From the NCBI GenBank assembly GCA_041651395.1, contig JBAZJI010000001.1, positions 251,920 to 315,919 of the forward strand: DNA of 64,000 nucleotides, written 5' to 3'. Shown here piece after piece: positions 44,901-52,577 of this stretch (the first letter of the stretch is position 1; each line of letters opens with the position of its first letter). Origin of the DNA: Minisyncoccota bacterium. Its GTDB lineage: Bacteria > Patescibacteriota > Minisyncoccia > Minisyncoccales > JAGOPM01. The notes under the pieces are model-generated. The model had not been told where the DNA came from. It was given only the letters and a program-made list of their open reading frames with translations, and made no database searches. A program made the position numbers and the translations under genes.

Positions 44901-47900
44901 TACCTGTGTCCCCATGTCTAATGTTTTGAAAAAGGCCTGTGAAGACGAGGCAGGTGTGGGTAATTGCAAAACAGGCTTATATTGCGGCGGCACGAGCCAG
45001 TATGATATGAATGCGGCTTGTGAGTCTCCTAAATTATTATCTTGGTGCCAATACGATGCATCTTTGGGGAAAACCCAATGCAAGAGCGCAACCATCCGCG
45101 AGAGCCTTTGCAGAAACGAGCATGGCACTTGTTGGCCGGGACAATATTGCTCCAAAATAAGTGCGGTTGACCCTAATGCGCAATGCTCTGGCGAGCAAAA
45201 AGGCGATTATTCATATTGCGCTTCGACTGGGAAATGTATTTCCATGCCCGGGGTTTATAAGATTGCCTGCGAAGACGAGGCGGGCAAGGGAAATTGCATC
45301 AATGGTTTGTACTGCGGTGGAAGCTCTTCCGATAAGGATTTAAGATGCGGCGGAGGATATTCCATAAAGATTACGCGCGATCCGGCTTTTGCCGAAAAGT
45401 GTACGCGGTGCAAATTTGAGGGCTGGTATGTCATTACCTTAACCAAAGGAACTCAGCCGGTTGGCGGCGGTTACGTGAAGATTTCCATGCCAGATAATCC
45501 TTCGTATTATCCGACAAACATTCCGACCGATTACCAAGGCCAAGCCAAAGTTTATATTACCGATATAAAAGATTTTACTCGGACTTATACATTTAAGGCC
45601 GAATATGGGCCAGACAATGCCACGATTACCATTGACCCACGCAATCTTTGTGGAGGGTGTGCTTCGTTAGGAAATTATTCCTATTGCGATGCTTACGGCA
45701 AATGCCTTGTCATGAATAATGTCTACAAGAAGGCCTGCGAAGACGAAGCCGGGGCGGGCAACTGTAAAGACGGTTCTTATTGTGGCGGCACAAGTTTTGC
45801 TGATGCCAATAGCAAATGCACGGGATATTTTGCTTGCGGCCCGAAGTGTATGCAGGTTTATGATTTGAGCGCAATTAATTCGTGTAAGGCAACCGGCAAG
45901 CTTCCTGATGGCAATAAATGTTACACTAACGGTTCCTGCAATAAGGAATGCCGCGTCCCCGGAGGAGTAGTGGTTAATGTTGATGCCACGAAAACCGGCG
46001 ATTGTACGGCTGATGTTAAATTATCATTTGCTTGCGAGGGCGAGGATTCCATTTGCCAAGGGCAAACCAAGGGCACCGGATTAATTTCTAATTTTGTCCT
46101 TTATGGCGGGCGCAGCATCGCTTATGATGGCGCCGCGCCAAGTGGAGCCACTTTGATTCCCAGCGGCCAAGATACAATTATTGCGCAAAATATCGGAATA
46201 TTGACTAGCGATAGCGCGGCAAAGACCGTTATTTATAAGGTAAAATGTACCAGTGATTTTTGTCGGTTCCCCGGTCAAATATTTTATGAGCCGGGCAGCT
46301 CGGTCTTGGGCAATGTGCTTGGGCGAAGATATATTTCTTCCCCGGTGGAATTTGAAAATTGCGCCCAAAGGGGAAACTATTCTTATTGCAATGCCCAAGG
46401 CAGTTGCATCAATATGCCCAATGTCTATAAGAAGGCCTGTGAAGATGAGGCAGGTGTGGGTAATTGTATGCCCGTGGCTTATTGCGGCGGATCAGTCGCT
46501 TCTCCGAATGGAATTTGCAGACAGGAGCAAAAGGGAAATTACTCATATTGCAATTCTTTAGGCAGCTGCATACAGATGTCTAATGTTTACAAAAAAGCCT
46601 GCGAAGACGAAGCGGGTGTGGGCAACTGCAAAGACGGCCTCTACTGCGGTGGTAATTCTATAACAGCCAATCAGCAGTGCGGGAACAAGGGTCCCATGGC
46701 ATTTTCCAAGTGCATCGTGCAGAACCACTGCATTGATATAACCGAAAAGCCCGGGGTGGACATTTATTGCGATGTTTTAACCATGGGTAAGTATACTCTT
46801 GATAATGCAGTCGTTAATATTACGCTTTTTGATGCGCAGGGCCGGAAAATCGCTACAAAGCGAGCTGGCGAAACGATTGGTAATCCGACCCAATACACGG
46901 CCAGATTCAGCGATTTGGCTCTCAATACTAAATATTTATACGAGCTCGATGCTAATAATGAAGGAGGTTTGAGCTCTAATTTCACTACACCGGCTGATTG
47001 CAAAACTACTGGCGAATGCCAAGTGGCCTCAGGTATGAATCTTTCAACTAATTGCAAGGTTCCGCTAGGCAGTGAAGCGACCGGTAGATGCGTCAAAGTT
47101 TTGATGAAGTTTGTCCCATTCAATGGCAAGCCAATTTTTGGCCAGAATGTTTCAATGGATGTGCTTTATATGCAAAACGGCAGAATCGTTAGGACTACGG
47201 CGCCGGCATTCTGGAATATTAATACCCAGACCCCGGGATATTCCATTACAATTTCCGGTATTAGTGTTGCTTCGGGCGAAACCATCAATGTCAGGCTGCC
47301 CAATTACACCATTGGGACAACGCCAAACATTTTGACTTCCAACCCATTCACTTTCAGCTTTGGTAAATATACAGTGCAAACATTTACTTCTGACACCGGT
47401 AGAACCGTGGTTAGCGGTACGGCTTTCTTGCCTCTAAGCATGAGGATTAAGCATTGCTGCGGTAACGGTATTTGCGATGCGGCCAAAGGCGAAACTGCGG
47501 CTAATTGCAGTAAGGATTGTGCGAATCAACCTAACCTACATATGACGGCCAGCTTTAGTGATATTCGCTGCGCCGACGGAAAGAATTTCAGTGCTAAAGT
47601 TAATGTCAATTTGAAGGAGGCGGCAATTGCCGAGAAATTTATTTCCGGAGCCAAGATTTCCTATGCAATTCCTGGGACAATATTTTCTAATTTCGTCGAG
47701 ATCAGCTCTCCGACCGATTCGTTGGGCAATACTTGGATATCCATGAGCGCTCCTATTACCACTTATACCGGTAAAGAAATCCAATTCAAATATAATGATG
47801 CTCAGACCAATCTTTCCTTTGCGGCTATTGAGGAAGCTTGTAAGAATTGGCAGGGTAATTATACAATCAAGGCTTGGATGACGGATGTGAAGTGCTTGGA

Positions 47901-50547
47901 CACTCAAACGGGGAAATACCAAGCCAATATTAAGGCGCAGGTGTTCGATGCCAATGGGAAGCTGGTGCAAGACGCTTGGCCGGAGTTCAACCTTGGACCT
48001 TCAAGATTCCAAGGCATTGAACATCCAACCGTTTCTAATGGATATACTTCAACTCTGCTTGGATTAGTCAATGATGATGCGTCCATATCAGTTGATGTTT
48101 CGTATAAGAATGCCAAAGTTTCTGTTAATCCGTCCCTTGAGGCAAAGAATTGTTTAAGCGCTTGTGTAGGGGATTTTGATAATGAAGCTTTGCAGATCAA
48201 AGCCATTGCCCCGGCTACTTGCATTAATGGCAAGCTTACCCTTACTGGTGAAGTGATTTCTGCTACTGGCAAAATCAAAGATGCCTGGTTTAATGTTTCT
48301 GGTTTTACGGGCCGGGCCATGGAGCCACTGCATGTAAGCCAAATGCCCACCAAGGCCAACCCCGTTTTCACTTATACCGGTGATTGCTCTAATTTGAAGG
48401 AAGGCCAATTATACTTCGTGGAAGCGGCAGCCCAAGATTGCAAGACAGCGGTCGCAAAGGGCGGCATCCAGTTTATCCCCAAAAAAGAAGGAGCGTCTGT
48501 CTTGTTGAAATTTGTTGGCTCAAAGATTGATAAAGTCAGCGCAGCAGGTATTAAGCCAGAAAGCGCCGAAGGAAGTATTACATTCTCTATTACTGCTATC
48601 GGCGGGGATGCTTATCTCCCAATAAGGGCATCGGTGGCGCCTAGCGCCTATTCATTTTCAGTTAAAACGTCAAGTGGCGAGAATCATCCGAAGTTCGATT
48701 CGACTATTGGTTGTGATGCTGAAATCAAAGGAGATTATTATTTAGTCCGCGAGGGTACAACTAAGAAATGTGCGGTCGCATTTGCCTTTACGGCTTTCAA
48801 GAATGCATTTTATCAAGCTACCATTGATCATATTTCTTGGAATACTGGTGCAACTGATTTGTTCTATCAAGAGTCAACCCTTAAGGACTCCCTTGGAACC
48901 TTCCCGCTTAATTCCCAATTCAAGACGCAGATGATTTACTTAGTTTCCGGAGCGGCCGAGGCTAGCGGCAAAATTGTTCGTGCCGATGTAGTAACTTTTG
49001 GCAAGGACGATTGCACCCAAGAACTGAATATCAGCTTGACCTGTTCACTCAAAGCCGATACATGCCGCAATACGAGCATAAAACTTTTCCTTAATCCTGA
49101 TGTCGTAGACACAAGCGCCAGTGGAAATATTGTGGAAGTGCCGGTTAATGATTTTCAAGATCAAACGATTGTTAAATATCAGGTAAAGGTGAAGAAAAAT
49201 AGTGGAGCGATACTTTTAGCTGGCAAATCATCGGCGGCGGCCAGTGGCCAAACGGTTGTCCAATTAGTCAACGGTGCCACTAATTTTAATGCGCAGGGCT
49301 GTGAGATCATAAGGCAATGCATTAAAGAAGGCGAGGCCAAGGTGGTGGGCGCGGGTGATGATTTACCATGCTGCACAGGATTGGTGGAGTTTTACAACGA
49401 TAGTGATGTTGTTTGCGAAAAATGCGGTAAAGATGGCCAATCTCCTTTGACTGGTGCTGGAAAGTGTTGCGAAGGGTTTGAATTAAAGAATGATGTTTGT
49501 GTTAAGAAGGTTGATATTTCCGCTTGCATCAAGGAGGGAGAAGTGGTGAAAGCCAATCAAACTTGCTGTGAAAAATTAGCTCCCATTGCGCAGGGATTAA
49601 CCGGTATCAAGAAATGCACCAACACTTGCGGTCATGGCGACCGGGATAATGTTTGGCAGCAGATTGACGGATTCAAAGCTTCGCAGCGTTGCCACAATAA
49701 GACATCGTATTTTTTGGAATATAATCCCGTGTGCAATGAATATGCGGTGTCGATATCCGGTCCCAATCTTGACCAAATGAAAACGGCCCAAACAAGCTTT
49801 AGGAGCGAAGAAGAGGCGGATAAAAAAGCTAGGGAAGTCGTGAGCGCATGGTCAAACAATCCTAATTACAATACTATTCCTAGTTGTGAATGTTATAATG
49901 GAGTCGGTATTTTTTACGGATACCAACCGGTCAATTTTGGTGCGAATTATTCCTTGAAATTCAAAGGGGGCAACGACCGGTTCGGTTTTGATCGCGAGCA
50001 TTCTCAGTTAAATTATTTGAAGAAGAACATAATCGACGCCTTGCCCGATGAATTTGAGCACAATCAATGCGGTGCGGGCGTGGAAACTAAACCGGATTGT
50101 GGTTGCAGTAAGGGTTGCAGCCAGGTTTGTGGCAAGGTGCTTAGCAGCGCAGGCTCCTATGATTACCAAACCTTTGATGACAAATGCCAGATGGAAACGG
50201 CCAAATACATTCTTTCCAATGAGGGGCCATGCCTTGAGGCCGGTGGTTTAAGAGTTGTAATTAAGAGTGCTATCTCCGGGGATAGCGGTTCCAAGATGCA
50301 AGCCCAAATCATTGGGGCCAAAGCCGGAACAGCGGCAAGCTATAAGCCACAATTCATCTTGTATCCTTGTGACAATAAAGCCATTGCCATTGAAATGGGC
50401 CGCGCCGGGACCAAAGTTGACTCTAAGGGAATTTATAGCTTTAATCCTGACTATTTATTCCTAAAGAACAGCGGATTTTGTGTCGGAGCGCGTATCTATA
50501 TTAACGGCAAGCCAGTTGATTCAGCTAATCCGATACCTTTCAAATAA
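41926..50547 (+). CDS. giant secreted mosaic protein (2873 aa) with 13 six-Cys modules (module B) plus 2 module-A copies
   Basis: This is a single uninterrupted ORF with the signal peptide MQNIFKQIAKITLLIVALWILPQTALGFGG. Its N-terminal domain is paralogous to that of the 39691 gene. It has FN3-like segments (GSTYKFRAYATNNSG), two prealbumin/CarboxypepD_reg-like segments (ITLKDGSGNPLSGYVTVTT...DGTYTITI), and two CxxGICDAxxGETxxNCxxDC motifs. Its Cys-rich C-terminal third is unrecognised. Confidence 0.85.
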   Translation: MQNIFKQIAKITLLIVALWILPQTALGFGGVDSTLKSGFKGFNIGQSNMVDSAINTASTNKGLMSSGCVPIPSSGGRGVAISFANPLKDSAGYTLKAANVWYTCVPGSSFWDATESYLTYYGDGSYSGQIGSCQKLGTATSLSYNWSINNYAGYVCKIWVAFSRTETCAAQPSDVANIYSRPFRICGAPLVKNKSYSNALGTCNTQTGKVDSVEVCGYITDTGNGGSISSCKIVFGGVSYTGTYDSVAKDCCAAIKGLQKGSTYKFRAYATNNSGTEGNAGTDTIITTISTCSIASKSVKVTTPLISNVTKTSAHFEADAWLEDSTGAKSALTSDYSGLFRVIGGGKTLDFDSTKKSGTSYTYQSDGSNLAAGTSYEVYFVVKEISTGKVTLSSAGKFNTPQAAGPSLSIAAVGTPTCGTYPNCNYSGQFKITLKDGSGNPLSGYVTVTTPRGSSYEVKTASDGTYTITITNLASLTTTYTVKVDYGTATAQATIDPRTVCANCKEAPPTDTYYSCYNYADGNGQYCDKIALASCTGRTCYKNDSTCANTCKKPTTCDKNGICDAGETQTNCPSDCNKYYGCSNTNGCQLITSLNDKLLCASNGLSSTNQICYANDSTCQNACAKDMSWCDVSGVCKTSFISEQACRNEYGTCYAGKYCGGTSYYDKDSRCVIKKDLSWCDTNGICQTAYLAEGTCRDEHGSCILGKYCGGTSYYDKNSKCVQKGNYSYCSASGACIPMQNVAKAACEDEAGAGNCKDGLYCGGTSYTANSMCVQKANYSYCSSLGTCVQMPNVLKAACEDEAGVGNCKTGLYCGGTSNYDKDSKCVVKKDMSWCASGICQTAYIAEGTCRDEHGSCILGKYCGGTSYYDKDSKCVQKGNYSYCNTAGGCVPMANVIKKACEDEAGAGNCKDGLYCGGTLYTASSMCVQKANYSYCNISGVCVQMPNVIKKACEDEAGVGNCKDGLYCGGTSYTANSMCAQKANYSYCSVNGTCVPMSNVLKKACEDEAGVGNCKTGLYCGGTSQYDMNAACESPKLLSWCQYDASLGKTQCKSATIRESLCRNEHGTCWPGQYCSKISAVDPNAQCSGEQKGDYSYCASTGKCISMPGVYKIACEDEAGKGNCINGLYCGGSSSDKDLRCGGGYSIKITRDPAFAEKCTRCKFEGWYVITLTKGTQPVGGGYVKISMPDNPSYYPTNIPTDYQGQAKVYITDIKDFTRTYTFKAEYGPDNATITIDPRNLCGGCASLGNYSYCDAYGKCLVMNNVYKKACEDEAGAGNCKDGSYCGGTSFADANSKCTGYFACGPKCMQVYDLSAINSCKATGKLPDGNKCYTNGSCNKECRVPGGVVVNVDATKTGDCTADVKLSFACEGEDSICQGQTKGTGLISNFVLYGGRSIAYDGAAPSGATLIPSGQDTIIAQNIGILTSDSAAKTVIYKVKCTSDFCRFPGQIFYEPGSSVLGNVLGRRYISSPVEFENCAQRGNYSYCNAQGSCINMPNVYKKACEDEAGVGNCMPVAYCGGSVASPNGICRQEQKGNYSYCNSLGSCIQMSNVYKKACEDEAGVGNCKDGLYCGGNSITANQQCGNKGPMAFSKCIVQNHCIDITEKPGVDIYCDVLTMGKYTLDNAVVNITLFDAQGRKIATKRAGETIGNPTQYTARFSDLALNTKYLYELDANNEGGLSSNFTTPADCKTTGECQVASGMNLSTNCKVPLGSEATGRCVKVLMKFVPFNGKPIFGQNVSMDVLYMQNGRIVRTTAPAFWNINTQTPGYSITISGISVASGETINVRLPNYTIGTTPNILTSNPFTFSFGKYTVQTFTSDTGRTVVSGTAFLPLSMRIKHCCGNGICDAAKGETAANCSKDCANQPNLHMTASFSDIRCADGKNFSAKVNVNLKEAAIAEKFISGAKISYAIPGTIFSNFVEISSPTDSLGNTWISMSAPITTYTGKEIQFKYNDAQTNLSFAAIEEACKNWQGNYTIKAWMTDVKCLDTQTGKYQANIKAQVFDANGKLVQDAWPEFNLGPSRFQGIEHPTVSNGYTSTLLGLVNDDASISVDVSYKNAKVSVNPSLEAKNCLSACVGDFDNEALQIKAIAPATCINGKLTLTGEVISATGKIKDAWFNVSGFTGRAMEPLHVSQMPTKANPVFTYTGDCSNLKEGQLYFVEAAAQDCKTAVAKGGIQFIPKKEGASVLLKFVGSKIDKVSAAGIKPESAEGSITFSITAIGGDAYLPIRASVAPSAYSFSVKTSSGENHPKFDSTIGCDAEIKGDYYLVREGTTKKCAVAFAFTAFKNAFYQATIDHISWNTGATDLFYQESTLKDSLGTFPLNSQFKTQMIYLVSGAAEASGKIVRADVVTFGKDDCTQELNISLTCSLKADTCRNTSIKLFLNPDVVDTSASGNIVEVPVNDFQDQTIVKYQVKVKKNSGAILLAGKSSAAASGQTVVQLVNGATNFNAQGCEIIRQCIKEGEAKVVGAGDDLPCCTGLVEFYNDSDVVCEKCGKDGQSPLTGAGKCCEGFELKNDVCVKKVDISACIKEGEVVKANQTCCEKLAPIAQGLTGIKKCTNTCGHGDRDNVWQQIDGFKASQRCHNKTSYFLEYNPVCNEYAVSISGPNLDQMKTAQTSFRSEEEADKKAREVVSAWSNNPNYNTIPSCECYNGVGIFYGYQPVNFGANYSLKFKGGNDRFGFDREHSQLNYLKKNIIDALPDEFEHNQCGAGVETKPDCGCSKGCSQVCGKVLSSAGSYDYQTFDDKCQMETAKYILSNEGPCLEAGGLRVVIKSAISGDSGSKMQAQIIGAKAGTAASYKPQFILYPCDNKAIAIEMGRAGTKVDSKGIYSFNPDYLFLKNSGFCVGARIYINGKPVDSANPIPFK
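43798..46680 (+). repeat. coding array of six-cysteine module B (10 tandem copies at 43798-45347, plus copies at 45670-45819 and 46372-46680)
   Basis: The unit is (K/G)(G/A)NYSYC-x5-C-x10-ACEDEAGxGNC-x4-YCGG-x9-C. There are 9 copies of this type and 4 of a SWC...CR(D/N)EHG(S/T)C variant. Exact DNA repeats of 68 bp (44002-44069 and 44464-44531) and 50 bp (44161-44210 and 44623-44672) are each offset by 462 bp. This points to a 3-module higher-order duplication. Confidence 0.85.
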
Positions 50548-50550
50548 GTA

Positions 50551-50580
50551 AAAACCGCCCTGTGGAGGGGCGGTTTTTTT
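50551..50580 (+). terminator. rho-independent terminator
   Basis: CCGCCC-TGTGGAG-GGGCGG is flanked by AAAA and TTTTTTT. Confidence 0.85.
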
Positions 50581-50617
50581 CTTGGAAAAACTAATGCTAA
50601 AATAGGGATAAGTGAAT

Positions 50618-52576
50618 ATGGATAAGCGCCTTTATCTGGTGTTTTTTGTGTTGGTATTGGCCTTCAGTCCATTGGCTAAAACAACGGCTGAGGATGTTTT
50701 TGCATATAAAAATTTCACTATCCAAAAAGACGCTTCGAGCAGTTATTATTATTTTCAAGAAAAGATCGACGGATATGATTTTATTTATTCGGCCAAAGAT
50801 GAGCGAACGGCTAAGAATTTAGTTGACCGTGTTCGCGATATGTACGAGTTTGGAGAATATCGGGAAACTCCAAGTACTATGTACTATTGCCAAGGTGATA
50901 TGGGTGAATGTGTTGAAACTGACAATAAATTCAACGATATTCACTCCTGTGATTTAGCGCTGGTCCAAGACGAGCAGGGCCTTGGCGGTAATTGTTATTT
51001 TGATAAGGATCAGTGCGATCAAGCCTGCGCCCAAGCGCTTATCGAAAAGAATTCCCAGGAAGAATATTTTGGCAGCGTGGGCAGTGAACAAATTTATCCG
51101 GCCATTCCTGATGATCTTTTCGGTAACCCCAAATATCGCCTGCCAAATACCGCCGGCCTTCCTGTAGTTTTAGGGGATTCTTTTGCGCCCTTTGAGGCTA
51201 GCGGGGTCAGCGGCTCAGACGGGGATAAAATTGCCGTGGTTACGGAGAGCGCCCGGTATTTTCCCAAGGTGCAAAAGGCCATTTTAGATGCCAGTTTTTT
51301 AGTGAGCAATAAAGATCGTTATTTTGGTTACGGATTTTTTTGGTGGAAGGATGATGGTGTGCCCAATCTAGTTGTCTTAAATTCTAAGGTTAAGGGTGGT
51401 TCAAAATATCATCAGGCTTTTGGCTATATCCCTATTGTCCAGCAACCGGAGAAAGTAATCGGGCGCAACGATTATTGGTGTATGCAGCCCTTCGCCACTT
51501 ATCTAAACCCCATAAAAGTCACCTGGGGGCAAAAGGTTTGTTTTCCGAATATTCCCATGGTAAAAACCATGCCGCCCTCTGAAGTCAAGGCCAATGCTGT
51601 GCAGCTTCAAGCTAAGGCTATGCCGTATTTTGCGGATAAAAAGTATTATCTGCAATTTCGTTGGATAGAGGCGGCTAAGCCATCAAAAATTAATTATTCT
51701 GAAAAAATTTATTTAACCGGACCGCAGAATAAAACCTTGCAGATAAATACCAAACCCGGAACTGAATATTGTTATCGGGCTATTGTCGGTATTACAGATA
51801 ATAAAGTTGAAAAGCAAAATGAGGGGCAGCGGGTTTGTTTTAAGACCCCCAAATATAGTAATGTTTGCTCCGTAAAGAGGCTAGAAGTCGGGAAAGTTAA
51901 ATTAGGCCGAGCCTTGCAGATTGCTCGCCAGATTTCCGAGAGGGTGGCTATTCGTCCGGGATTTTTATTGGGCATTGCCTCGCAGGAGAGCGGCCTAAAC
52001 CATAAGCCGACCACTGATTATTATCCAATGCACGAGCTGTGTTTTGAGCTTGGCCAAGTAGGCGGTTGGCAATGCGATACTTTTTATAAGATTACCTCTT
52101 TATTAGGGCTCAAACGCGGTGAAGTCGGCGTTTCGGCTCCGGCTGACGGCGTCTATGGCGGGGCTATGGGAATTTCCCAATTTATGCCTGGAACTTGGAT
52201 GGCCAATCGGGTGGCGGCCCGCGAGAATATCAAAAAATTATGGAATTATACTGTCGAGCCCAGTCCTTGGAATATTTGCGAGGGTTTGACTTTTTCCGCC
52301 ACGAAACTTTCCGGAGATGGTGCAGATAAGAAAACCGAATGCGCCGAAAAAATGGCCGCACAAACATATTATCACGGCCATATACATTGGCTATTTAAGC
52401 CCCTTTGCTTGTTTATTGATTATGGGAATTATTCCTCGGGTGTTTCGGATTTCACTTTTTGTTTTAATGAACTCTATCGAAAAAGGGTTTGGTCTTCGAA
52501 AAACGGATCAAATTACTGTTACTATAAGACCGGCTATTCTTATGAGGACGTAATTCAAGCTATTAAAGAAATATAA
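50618..52576 (+). CDS. secreted lytic transglycosylase (SLT/MltB-like C-terminal domain) with one six-Cys module and FN3-like middle domain
   Basis: It has a signal peptide (MDKRLYLVFFVLVLAFSPLAKTTA) and a single module A copy (YYCQGDMGEC...SC...GGNCYFDKDQCDQAC). The FN3-like segment is PGTEYCYRAIVG. The catalytic region is GFLLGIASQESGLNH ... GGAMGISQFMPGTW. Confidence 0.7.
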   Translation: MDKRLYLVFFVLVLAFSPLAKTTAEDVFAYKNFTIQKDASSSYYYFQEKIDGYDFIYSAKDERTAKNLVDRVRDMYEFGEYRETPSTMYYCQGDMGECVETDNKFNDIHSCDLALVQDEQGLGGNCYFDKDQCDQACAQALIEKNSQEEYFGSVGSEQIYPAIPDDLFGNPKYRLPNTAGLPVVLGDSFAPFEASGVSGSDGDKIAVVTESARYFPKVQKAILDASFLVSNKDRYFGYGFFWWKDDGVPNLVVLNSKVKGGSKYHQAFGYIPIVQQPEKVIGRNDYWCMQPFATYLNPIKVTWGQKVCFPNIPMVKTMPPSEVKANAVQLQAKAMPYFADKKYYLQFRWIEAAKPSKINYSEKIYLTGPQNKTLQINTKPGTEYCYRAIVGITDNKVEKQNEGQRVCFKTPKYSNVCSVKRLEVGKVKLGRALQIARQISERVAIRPGFLLGIASQESGLNHKPTTDYYPMHELCFELGQVGGWQCDTFYKITSLLGLKRGEVGVSAPADGVYGGAMGISQFMPGTWMANRVAARENIKKLWNYTVEPSPWNICEGLTFSATKLSGDGADKKTECAEKMAAQTYYHGHIHWLFKPLCLFIDYGNYSSGVSDFTFCFNELYRKRVWSSKNGSNYCYYKTGYSYEDVIQAIKEI

Positions 52577-52577
52577 T

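Noticed and set aside
50101-50235. Kazal-type protease-inhibitor-like motif near the giant protein's C-terminus (CSQVCGKVLSSAGSYDYQTFDDKCQMETAKYILSNEGPC)
   Set aside because: It has a VCG...(T/Y)F..xC...A..Y flavour. However, the spacing between the second Cys and the aromatic residue is much longer than in the canonical Kazal pattern. I cannot support the assignment without a profile search.
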